Positions 56,349 to 63,830 of a DNA stretch of 64,000 nucleotides are shown piece by piece; positions within the stretch are counted from its first letter, which is position 1, and each line of letters opens with the position of its first letter. The notes below the pieces were generated by a model. It made no database searches, had not been told where the DNA came from, and saw only the letters and a program-made list of their open reading frames with translations. A program made the translations under genes and the position numbers. The DNA comes from a virus (Duplodnaviria > Caudoviricetes): the IMG/VR virus record IMGVR_UViG_3300048588_000476, positions 1,845 to 65,844 of that record, one strand, 5' to 3'.

Positions 56349-56573
56349 ATGGGATACATTGCGACCAAGCATGTGCTGTATTGCCGACAGTGTGAAAATC
56401 ACACGATGCACGGACAGATGAACGCCCCTGCCACAGGCCCTCGGCAGGCATCGGTGTTCTGTGCGCAGTTCTGTCTCGTATGTGACCGCTTCGGGGCGTA
56501 CGGGCACGACTTCGGAAAGAAACGCCCGCCAGAGTTCTATAAGGCGCTGTGGCAACTGATGCAGGAGACTTGA
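56349..56573 (+). CDS. zinc-finger array gene 23 (type C)
   Basis: CRQC..FCLVC..PPEFYKALWQLMQET. Confidence 0.8.
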   Translation: MGYIATKHVLYCRQCENHTMHGQMNAPATGPRQASVFCAQFCLVCDRFGAYGHDFGKKRPPEFYKALWQLMQET

Positions 56574-56575
56574 CA

Positions 56576-56782
56576 ATGTACAAACGAGTTCCCGGGTATT
56601 GGATGCAGTGCCCTACGTGCGACGCCAAGACCCTCCACAACCGGCTGGACCACCCAAACTCGTGGCGGTTTTTTACGTTCTGCAGCAGGTGCCACTTTGT
56701 GCATCGAGAGGACGCACAAACCCGGCAATTTATGGGCGACCCAGCGCAGCACATTGCTCTGTGGTACATGCTAGGAGACTGA
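56576..56782 (+). CDS. zinc-finger array gene 24 (type C)
   Basis: CPTC..FCSRC..GDPAQHIALWYMLGD. Confidence 0.8.
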   Translation: MYKRVPGYWMQCPTCDAKTLHNRLDHPNSWRFFTFCSRCHFVHREDAQTRQFMGDPAQHIALWYMLGD

Positions 56783-56784
56783 CC

Positions 56785-56985
56785 GTGTACACCCTCTCGT
56801 ATCAAGTGCATCACTGCCTGAAGTGCGACTTGTTCTACCGCATGCCGATACTCCACGCTAGCCCGAACAGCTGGATGCGATTCTGCCCTACGTGCGACAG
56901 GGTGTGGATGTCAGTCTGGGCAAACCCCGCGTTTCCGGAACCGGTGGAGCACTATCGCGCATTGTGCGTGCTGATGGAGGGCTAA
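56785..56985 (+). CDS. zinc-finger array gene 25 (type C)
   Basis: CLKC..FCPTC..FPEPVEHYRALCVLMEG. Confidence 0.8.
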   Translation: MYTLSYQVHHCLKCDLFYRMPILHASPNSWMRFCPTCDRVWMSVWANPAFPEPVEHYRALCVLMEG

Positions 56986-56989
56986 CCGC

Positions 56990-57169
56990 ATGAAAGTGTT
57001 CAGCTATAACATCCCGCATCACGTGTGCGCGGTATGCGCAACTCCCTCCCCTGCGTACGCTATACATGAGCGCGGGGTGTACGAGCTGCCGTGCGGGCAT
57101 GACGAGGTAACCAGCGAGTCGTTGTCCCCTGAGTTGCTGGCGATGTGCGTACTGCTGATGGAGGAATGA
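56990..57169 (+). CDS. zinc-finger array gene 26 (type A, 59 aa, absent from ORF track)
   Basis: MKVFSYNIPHHVCAVC..LPCGH..LSPELLAMCVLLMEE. Confidence 0.85.
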   Translation: MKVFSYNIPHHVCAVCATPSPAYAIHERGVYELPCGHDEVTSESLSPELLAMCVLLMEE

Positions 57170-57378
57170 TGTACGAGATCGGGCTGACGTACTACCTATC
57201 ATGCGGGAATTGTTCGCCCTACTTCGACAGCTTCCTTCACCACTCCCTCATGCACGAGTCGGGGCACCAATTTGTATTTTGCGCGAAGTGCGGCGACGCA
57301 GGGCTGACCTACAGCCGCACAGCCTTTCCGGGCAATCCCGCCCAATACCGTGCCCTCTGGGCGTTGTTGTCGGAGTAG
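57166..57378 (+). CDS. zinc-finger array gene 27 (type C)
   Basis: CGNC..FCAKC..FPGNPAQYRALWALLSE. Confidence 0.8.
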   Translation: MMYEIGLTYYLSCGNCSPYFDSFLHHSLMHESGHQFVFCAKCGDAGLTYSRTAFPGNPAQYRALWALLSE

Positions 57379-57380
57379 CT

Positions 57381-57602
57381 ATGTACCGCGCTGGCACCAA
57401 CTACTATACAACCTGCCCCGTTTGCCTCAAGCACTCAACGTCGTTCACTGGGCGGCATAACGTACTGATACACAACGTTACAGACCACATATTCATGTTC
57501 TGCGCAACGTGCGGATACGTACACCGGACGAACGTCCACCATGTTAGTTTTCCGGGCGACCCCGCCCAATACCGTGCCCTCTGGGCACTTCTTCAGGAGT
57601 AA
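57381..57602 (+). CDS. zinc-finger array gene 28 (type C)
   Basis: CPVC..FCATC..FPGDPAQYRALWALLQE. Confidence 0.8.
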   Translation: MYRAGTNYYTTCPVCLKHSTSFTGRHNVLIHNVTDHIFMFCATCGYVHRTNVHHVSFPGDPAQYRALWALLQE

Positions 57603-57606
57603 CATC

Positions 57607-58485
57607 ATGACTGTCTCTGTTGCCGATCGTTTGCTTGCCACCAAGCTGTTCGTTTCGAAGTGGTCCGGCGAGGCGTCCGTTCCCAAGGTCGCCCGCGAGG
57701 CCGAGGACTCCAACAATGCCCGCCGCGGCACCGTGCGCGCCTCTGCCAAGGTGTTTGAGTCCGACGAGCTGAAGGCGGTGCTGACCGAAATGGCCCAGCT
57801 GTATGCGTGGTGGCGTGGCCGTACGGCGCCGTGGCGTGACGGTGGCTGGCGCGTGCTGATGGCGGACCAGTCCATGCAGTTCATGGAGGAGGCTGGCGAC
57901 CGCATCGCTGTCATCGAGCAGAAGCTGCTCCCCGCCCTGTACGACACCTACCCTGCCCATCTGGAGGTGTGCAAGCTGCAGATGGGGGCGCTGTTCACAC
58001 AGGTGCGCTACCCCGAGCCCAACGAGCTGGCCCGCCGGTTCGCCATCAAGCTCTCCTACGAGGCGGTCCCGTCGGCCACAATGCTGGAGCGGTTCGGAAC
58101 GTTGTTCACCGCGGAGCAGTTGGAGGAGGCCAAGCAGCAGGAAGCCGCCATGCTCACCGCTGCTGTGGACGACGTGTGGATGAAGCTCGCCGACCCGGTC
58201 ACGCACCTGATCGAAGTCCTTCGCAAGGCGGACGACGGACAGCACAAGCGTTGGCACGACAGCCTAATCACCAACATCGTCGACGCCGCCCGTGCTGCCA
58301 GTGCACTCAACTTCACCGGCAGTGCGGAGTTGGCGCAGATTGCCGAGGACATGCTGGTCGAGCTGGGACCGGTGCAGAAAGAGCACCTCAAGAACAACCC
58401 CGCCACCCGTGCCGATGTCCGCGCCAAGGCAGAGGCGTTGCGCGAGCGCATGTCCGGGTTCCTGCCAATGACTCAGGAGGAATGA
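57607..58485 (+). CDS. DUF3150-like helical protein
   Basis: AGGAG SD; WSG, TAPW..GGWRVL, YP...MGALF...YP...EL..RF pattern. Confidence 0.6.
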   Translation: MTVSVADRLLATKLFVSKWSGEASVPKVAREAEDSNNARRGTVRASAKVFESDELKAVLTEMAQLYAWWRGRTAPWRDGGWRVLMADQSMQFMEEAGDRIAVIEQKLLPALYDTYPAHLEVCKLQMGALFTQVRYPEPNELARRFAIKLSYEAVPSATMLERFGTLFTAEQLEEAKQQEAAMLTAAVDDVWMKLADPVTHLIEVLRKADDGQHKRWHDSLITNIVDAARAASALNFTGSAELAQIAEDMLVELGPVQKEHLKNNPATRADVRAKAEALRERMSGFLPMTQEE

Positions 58486-58486
58486 T

Positions 58487-58723
58487 GTGATCATCGGGCT
58501 TCTGTCGTTCTTACATCCGGCCGAGCGCAAGCACTGGAAGTTTCGGCCGGGGATGGGGTGTGACTGCGGCGATCCTGTCGGGGTGTGGCAGTTTTACGGC
58601 GACAGCCCGTGCTTCGAACTGTGCACGCACTGTTGTCGGTTCTTTGACATGGACGGCGTGCCGATGGATGTACTGCCGGAGGAAGTAGCGTTGTTCTTGC
58701 TGACTATGGAGGGCTCACAGTGA
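58487..58723 (+). CDS. zinc-finger array gene 29 (type B)
   Basis: CDC..CTHC..LPEEVALFLLTMEG. Confidence 0.75.
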   Translation: MIIGLLSFLHPAERKHWKFRPGMGCDCGDPVGVWQFYGDSPCFELCTHCCRFFDMDGVPMDVLPEEVALFLLTMEGSQ

Positions 58724-58962
58724 GATCGATAGCGATTCCGAAGGACGCAAAGTGGCGATACACAAAGGGCGATTCGTGTGTAGCGTGCCTTGGTCCGCAG
58801 ATATGGGGCCACGGTACGGTATGGCGTACGTTTCAGAACACCCGCAAGGCGTTTGCGTGGAACGCAGAGTTGTGCCCCGCATGTGCGTGTCTTCGGGTAG
58901 GGCGCAGCTATACCACATTGCCAGCGGCAGAAGTAGCATTGATCCTTTTGAAGGCGCAATGA
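58720..58962 (+). CDS. zinc-finger array gene 30 (type B)
   Basis: CVAC..CPAC..LPAAEVALILLKAQ. Confidence 0.8.
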   Translation: MRSIAIPKDAKWRYTKGDSCVACLGPQIWGHGTVWRTFQNTRKAFAWNAELCPACACLRVGRSYTTLPAAEVALILLKAQ

Positions 58963-58963
58963 C

Positions 58964-59233
58964 ATGGCCGGACGATTCCCGCGGGTGCAAATCCCCGACG
59001 ACGTGCAGTGGACAACCGCACCAGACCCGTGGAGCACCTGCCGTAAATGCGGCGCTCCTTGCATTCGAGGGGACGGTACGGCGTATGTTCGGCAAACAAC
59101 CGTCGCCCGGCAAGTAACGGCGTATGTATGGTATGGTTCTGTATGCCCGAAATGTAGGACAATCACAGCAGGAGGTATAACCAACTATCTGTCACACAAG
59201 CAGCTAGCATTCATCCTTCTCGCAGCAGACTAG
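58964..59233 (+). CDS. zinc-finger array gene 31 (type B)
   Basis: CRKC..CPKC..LSHKQLAFILLAAD. Confidence 0.8.
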   Translation: MAGRFPRVQIPDDVQWTTAPDPWSTCRKCGAPCIRGDGTAYVRQTTVARQVTAYVWYGSVCPKCRTITAGGITNYLSHKQLAFILLAAD

Positions 59234-59278
59234 CAGTACACAACCACAACGCAGTACCACTCAGGAGAAGTAACCATC

Positions 59279-60340
59279 ATGGCTAAGCTCGACAACGTTC
59301 TTTCCGAAATCTCCACCACCAAGCTGTCCGAGTCCACCATCTTCCCGATCCTCGACGAGGCGTGGACGTGCCACCTCCAACCCCAAGCGCCGGTTCCGTG
59401 CTTCGTCGGCGCCCCGGGCGTGGGCAAGACGCAGCTGGTGTACGCTTGGGCCGCTGCTCGCGGCTTCGAGGTGGTGGAGCTGAACGGCAGCACCATGTCC
59501 CCCACCGACTTCGTGGCGTACGTGCCGGACGACAAGACGCACACGCTGGCGGAGTACGTGCATAGCGCCATCGCCCGGTGCTGCGATCCCAGCTTCAAGG
59601 GCGTGCTGTTCATCGACGAGCTGCACCAGACTCACCCCGAGGTGCAGAAGCCGTTCAGCAAGACGATCAACCAGCGCATGGTGGGCAGCATGAAGCTCTC
59701 CGACGACTGCATGATCGTCACCGCAGGCAACCGAGTGACGGACAAGGCCGGTGCCAATCGGCTGCTGTCCATGATCGCCAACCGCGTCGATACGATCCCG
59801 GTCGAAGTCAACAACGAGGCACTGGTGGAATACTTCATCTCCGCTGGGCACCCGGAGATGTGCGCCGGTTTCCTGATGGCGTTCCCGTACGACGAGAAGA
59901 AGGACTTCAAGCCGGAGGAGCCCGCGTTCTTCACCCCCCGGTCGTTCGAGCGCGTCGCGGTCAAGATGAAGTACGGCCGTGCCCCCACCGAAGCGTCCGT
60001 GGCCTCGTCCATCGGCCCCGGCCGTGCGCTGGAGTTCCTCTCGTTCCTGCAGATGACCTCCACCCTGCCGACGCTCAAGGACGTCATGAGCGCGCCGACG
60101 ACGTGCGCCCTGCCCACCAAGATGGACGAGCAGTGCGCCATGGTGTGCATGTTGTCCATGAACCTGACGCTGGAGACGGCAAAGAAGATCGTGCCGTACG
60201 CGAAGCGCTTCCGCTTGCCGATGCAGGTGCTGTTCCTCAAGCTGGTGGTGCGGCGGGACAACAAGCTGCAGGACTCCAGGGACCTGATGGACTGGCTGCG
60301 TCAGCCGGAAGTGTGCCAAGCCATCACGGGTCGGAAGTAA
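59279..60340 (+). CDS. MoxR-like AAA+ ATPase
   Basis: Walker A GAPGVGKT, Walker B VLFIDE, TAGNR, IANR arginine finger, TPRSFE sensor II. Confidence 0.9.
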   Translation: MAKLDNVLSEISTTKLSESTIFPILDEAWTCHLQPQAPVPCFVGAPGVGKTQLVYAWAAARGFEVVELNGSTMSPTDFVAYVPDDKTHTLAEYVHSAIARCCDPSFKGVLFIDELHQTHPEVQKPFSKTINQRMVGSMKLSDDCMIVTAGNRVTDKAGANRLLSMIANRVDTIPVEVNNEALVEYFISAGHPEMCAGFLMAFPYDEKKDFKPEEPAFFTPRSFERVAVKMKYGRAPTEASVASSIGPGRALEFLSFLQMTSTLPTLKDVMSAPTTCALPTKMDEQCAMVCMLSMNLTLETAKKIVPYAKRFRLPMQVLFLKLVVRRDNKLQDSRDLMDWLRQPEVCQAITGRK

Positions 60341-60348
60341 CAACTACT

Positions 60349-60376
60349 GGGAGCGTTGATAGCTATCAACGCTCCC
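60349..60376. promoter_or_regulatory. palindrome extended to 28 bp after the AAA+ gene
   Basis: GGGAGC-GTTGATAGCTATCAAC-GCTCCC. Confidence 0.8.
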
Positions 60377-60390
60377 CACCGGAGACAACC

Positions 60391-60489
60391 ATGTATTTGT
60401 TTATCAGAATCCTGCAGACAGTGCTGTTAGCGCTAGTCTGTGCGCTCGCGTTCAAATTTGGATACTTTCTTGTGGAGCAACTGCCGTGA
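60391..60489 (+). CDS. small membrane peptide (32 aa)
   Basis: GGAG SD; MYLFIRILQTVLLALVCALAFKFGYFLVEQLP; GTGA overlap with next gene. Confidence 0.5.
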   Translation: MYLFIRILQTVLLALVCALAFKFGYFLVEQLP

Positions 60490-61763
60490 CCAACGAAGTG
60501 CAGACAGTATCGCCTGAATTGCAGAAGTCGCTCGACGACGTCATGGTCCGTATGGGCGTCAAGTGGCCGTTCTTCTGCCAGATGATGGCAGCACAAGTGC
60601 TGGAGTTGAACAACTCCATGCCCACCATGGCGACCGACGGACACAAGGTCTACATCAACGAGAAGTTTTTCATGGAGGTTCTGAGCGACGCCACGCGTGT
60701 CGGCGTCATGGCGCACGAGATCGTGCATGTGTGTCTGGAGCACCCGTCTCGGGTCGGTTTGCGCAACAAGCTGATCTGGAACATCGCCATCGACTTCGTT
60801 ACCAACGGACTGCTGGTGGCGGAGAAGTTCGAGCTGCCCACCCCGTACCGCACCTTCGACACCATCATGTCCCCGGGGTGCGGGGCACTGGTCGATTCCC
60901 GCTTTGACGACATGTCGGAAGAGCAGGTGTACGACTACCTGATGAAGAACCTGCCGTCCGAGGCGACCAAGGAGCCGGAAGCGGGCGAGAAAGGTGTAGG
61001 GGAGGGCGCTGAGCCCGGCGGACTGCAGGGCGACGGCCCCGGCAAGCGGCAGCGCGGTAACGGGCGCCCGCGCCCCGACATGGACGACATGATGACCCCG
61101 CAGGGCACCCCCGAGCAGCAGGCCGAGCAGCGGCGCAAGACGCACACCGCCATCATCAACGCTGCCACCATGGAGCGGGCCATGGGTCAAGGTGCAGGGC
61201 TGGGCCAGCGGCTGGCCGGGCGCCTTACCCAACCCAAAGAGCGGTGGTACGACCGGCTCCGTCGGTACGTGACCGATCTGACGTTCCACAACTACAACTG
61301 GAACAAGATCAACCGCCGGGTATTGCGCACGGTCGGCATCATCGCCCCGGATATGCGCGACGAGGTGATCCGGCATCTGGTCATTGCGGTGGACTTGTCC
61401 GGCAGTATCACGGACGAGATCGTCGACTACTTCGCCAGCCATATGAACAAGATTCTCGACGATTGCAAGCCCTCCAAGATGTCTGTCATGTACTTCGATG
61501 ACGGTGTGGACCGCACCGACGAGTACACGGTGCAGGACTTGCCTATCAAGTTCGTGGCACGGGGCGGCGGGGGAACCAACTTCATCCCGGTGTTCGAGGA
61601 AGTCGCCAAGATGGAGCAGCCGCCGTCGGCGCTGATTTTCCTGACGGACACGTACGGGGCGTTCCCCCGGCAGGCGCCCGACTATCCGGTAATCTGGGCG
61701 AGCTTTATCGACACCGTTGAGGTGCCGTTCGGCGAGCTGGTAATCATCGACGACAGGCATTGA
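60486..61763 (+). CDS. HExxH metallopeptidase plus vWA domain protein (DUF2201-like)
   Basis: TMATDG, AHEIVH, WNIAID..N; MIDAS DLSGS, GGGGTNF, IFLTD. Confidence 0.88.
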   Translation: MTNEVQTVSPELQKSLDDVMVRMGVKWPFFCQMMAAQVLELNNSMPTMATDGHKVYINEKFFMEVLSDATRVGVMAHEIVHVCLEHPSRVGLRNKLIWNIAIDFVTNGLLVAEKFELPTPYRTFDTIMSPGCGALVDSRFDDMSEEQVYDYLMKNLPSEATKEPEAGEKGVGEGAEPGGLQGDGPGKRQRGNGRPRPDMDDMMTPQGTPEQQAEQRRKTHTAIINAATMERAMGQGAGLGQRLAGRLTQPKERWYDRLRRYVTDLTFHNYNWNKINRRVLRTVGIIAPDMRDEVIRHLVIAVDLSGSITDEIVDYFASHMNKILDDCKPSKMSVMYFDDGVDRTDEYTVQDLPIKFVARGGGGTNFIPVFEEVAKMEQPPSALIFLTDTYGAFPRQAPDYPVIWASFIDTVEVPFGELVIIDDRH

Positions 61764-61788
61764 CAGCACGGGCGGGGCTGCGCATAAT
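61760..61788 (+). promoter_or_regulatory. putative sigma70 promoter
   Basis: TTGACA-17-CATAAT. Confidence 0.65.
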
Positions 61789-61830
61789 CGGCTCCGCCAT
61801 TCGGCATTCCAACTACGCAAGGAGTATCCC

Positions 61831-62130
61831 ATGTCCGCAGTGCAAATCATGACGTTCGAGACCCCCGCCACCCCGGCTCGCGCGGTGCGTACGTCGCCGT
61901 ACAATTTCGGTGAACTGCCGGTGTCGCAAGTGGGGCAGCCGACCCGCGGCCTGTTCGTGGTCCCGCAGGAAGTGGACGGCAAGATGGAGTCGGTCGGCGA
62001 CATGAGCAAGCGCGTTCGCAGCTCGTACCAGTCGTTCGCCAAGCGTCACAACAAGGAAGGCTACAAGTTCGCCTCCGAGCGCCGGTCGCATGAGGGCGTC
62101 GAGGGACTTCTGGTGTGGCGCACCGCCTAA
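61831..62130 (+). CDS. small putative DNA-binding protein
   Basis: AAGGAG SD; YNFGEL...FVVP...GLLVWR; resembles 62399-62671. Confidence 0.7.
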   Translation: MSAVQIMTFETPATPARAVRTSPYNFGELPVSQVGQPTRGLFVVPQEVDGKMESVGDMSKRVRSSYQSFAKRHNKEGYKFASERRSHEGVEGLLVWRTA

Positions 62131-62495
62131 CCAAAGGTTCGGCTACCTCACTGTCCCGTGACAGTGAGGTAAGAAGGGTGGCACAAAACGCAGTCTCGCA
62201 AGGATGGACGGTCGATGTATCTCGCGGTAGCGCGAAGCATGCAAAGCTGATCCACCCAAGCGGACTGCGTTTTGTTTTGGTGCCGCAGTCACCGTCGGAC
62301 CGAAGATCGGCGGCAAATCTCGATGCGAAAATCAAACGCATCAACCGACAACTAGCAGACGCTGCACAGAACGGCGCTGCTGTAACTCAGGAGCAGGTAT
62401 GGACTATCTCATCACATACGGAATCAAGCCCGTCCCCGCGGGCACGAAGTGGCGGTCACGCAACCCACAACGCCGGTACCACTTCGAGATGCTGA
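62115..62495 (+). CDS. HicA-like protein
   Basis: QGWTV..SRG..KHAKLIHPSG..VLVPQSPSD pattern. Confidence 0.6.
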   Translation: MAHRLTKGSATSLSRDSEVRRVAQNAVSQGWTVDVSRGSAKHAKLIHPSGLRFVLVPQSPSDRRSAANLDAKIKRINRQLADAAQNGAAVTQEQVWTISSHTESSPSPRARSGGHATHNAGTTSRC

Positions 62496-62671
62496 AGATC
62501 GGGGAGTCGATGTTCGTGCCATGCGACACGCACCTGCAAGAGTTGGCCGTGCGCAACTCCGCCTCCATGCACAACAAGGTTCGCCAGACCCCCGGTAAGC
62601 TGACCACCCGTCTCGCCTTCGACAAGGTGCACAAGGCGTGGGGCATCTGGGTTCACTGTGTGAGGAAATGA
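62399..62671 (+). CDS. small putative DNA-binding protein
   Basis: AGGAG SD; YHFEMLKIGESMFVP...GIWV. Confidence 0.65.
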   Translation: MDYLITYGIKPVPAGTKWRSRNPQRRYHFEMLKIGESMFVPCDTHLQELAVRNSASMHNKVRQTPGKLTTRLAFDKVHKAWGIWVHCVRK

Positions 62672-62672
62672 C

Positions 62673-62852
62673 ATGCAAATTCAGATGATCACTCTGAAGG
62701 AACTTGCGGACGACGTGAAGCACACCGACACCGACTGCCGCACCTGCGCCAAGTCGTTCAAGCACGGAAGTCAGTGCCGGTCGACGGCGCAGTGCGTCAA
62801 CGGAGATCAGTACGTTTCCGTACCGCCGATTCAACTGTGGGAGAAGCGATGA
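62673..62852 (+). CDS. small Cys-rich protein (59 aa)
   Basis: CRTC..C..C; ATGA overlap with next gene. Confidence 0.5.
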   Translation: MQIQMITLKELADDVKHTDTDCRTCAKSFKHGSQCRSTAQCVNGDQYVSVPPIQLWEKR

Positions 62853-63061
62853 TCATCTATCGGCTTTGGACATCCAGCCTCGACGAGGGGCACTGCTACG
62901 AATGGTTTGCTTCTAACGAAGAGGCGGGCTTCGCAATGCGGAAGCGCATTCGGGAAGGGACATCCCCGGACGCAGTAAAGATAGATATGCTGAGGCTGCC
63001 CGACACCAAAACGGGCATGATTGAGTGGCTCAACCGTAACTTTACCCGGGATAATGGATAG
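62849..63061 (+). CDS. hypothetical protein
   Basis: GGAG SD, 70 aa. Confidence 0.6.
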   Translation: MIIYRLWTSSLDEGHCYEWFASNEEAGFAMRKRIREGTSPDAVKIDMLRLPDTKTGMIEWLNRNFTRDNG

Positions 63062-63248
63062 CTCCATGAAAAGCGCCGCCCCGACGTATTCCACCACCCG
63101 CCGACGACTGTTCAAGCAGGTAGCGGACGTCATCGTTCAGGAGGAGGCCCGCATCGCCAACGACTACCAGAAGCAACACCCCGACATGAGCCGCAGTGAG
63201 GCCCTGCGGCTTGCTGCCAAACATCTTAGGAGAGACAAGTATGGATGA
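63054..63248 (+). CDS. hypothetical protein
   Basis: short ORF overlapping its neighbours; HPDMSRSEALRLA. Confidence 0.55.
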   Translation: MDSSMKSAAPTYSTTRRRLFKQVADVIVQEEARIANDYQKQHPDMSRSEALRLAAKHLRRDKYG

Positions 63249-63420
63249 AGTCGAACAACTCAAGACGTTGACGGATGAAGAGCTGGTGGCACGGCTGCTC
63301 GTGGCGTCTAACACCACGTTGATCGAACGGCTACTGCTGAGCCGCTTGCGGGCCATGATGGAAGAGCGTGATATGCTCAATTCCTTTGTGGGCAACATAG
63401 ACGACGAGGAAACGGGATGA
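63241..63420 (+). CDS. hypothetical protein
   Basis: AGGAG SD, 59 aa. Confidence 0.6.
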   Translation: MDEVEQLKTLTDEELVARLLVASNTTLIERLLLSRLRAMMEERDMLNSFVGNIDDEETG

Positions 63421-63830
63421 ACTTGTTCGGCACCGACTTGCTCGCAGCCATACTGCGGGCCGGCCCCGATAACGCCCCCGAGGCCGATGCACTTACCCTG
63501 TCGCTGGGGAAAACTATTGCTCGCGTGCAGCTAATAGGTGACGAGACTTTGTGGTTCGTTTTTGAGGACGGCTCCACCAATACCCTGATCGACGTGCAGT
63601 CGTGCTGTGAACGCCGGTATATGACCACAGATGACAACCTCGAAGAAATGTCAGGAGCTATTTTGCGCGACGTAACATGCGCGCAAGGGCCGAACGTCGT
63701 CGTAGAAGGAGATTTTCGCGAGAGTGCATTTCTGCGCATCCAAACCAGCAACGGGGAATTCGTGATCTGCACACACAACGAGCACAACGGGTATTATGGA
63801 GGATTCAACCTGAGCGCGAAATCCGAATGA
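63417..63830 (+). CDS. conserved hypothetical phage protein
   Basis: QSCCE.R...HNEHNGYYGG motif. Confidence 0.7.
   Translation: MNLFGTDLLAAILRAGPDNAPEADALTLSLGKTIARVQLIGDETLWFVFEDGSTNTLIDVQSCCERRYMTTDDNLEEMSGAILRDVTCAQGPNVVVEGDFRESAFLRIQTSNGEFVICTHNEHNGYYGGFNLSAKSE

Noticed and set aside
51517-59233. Array as a CRISPR array or DGR target set
   Set aside because: The units are protein-coding with degenerate ends rather than fixed repeats and spacers. No reverse transcriptase or adenine-specific template/variable repeat pair was seen.
61777-61800. GCTGCGCATAAT resembling the XerC arm of dif
   Set aside because: No XerD arm follows; better explained as a promoter -10 element.
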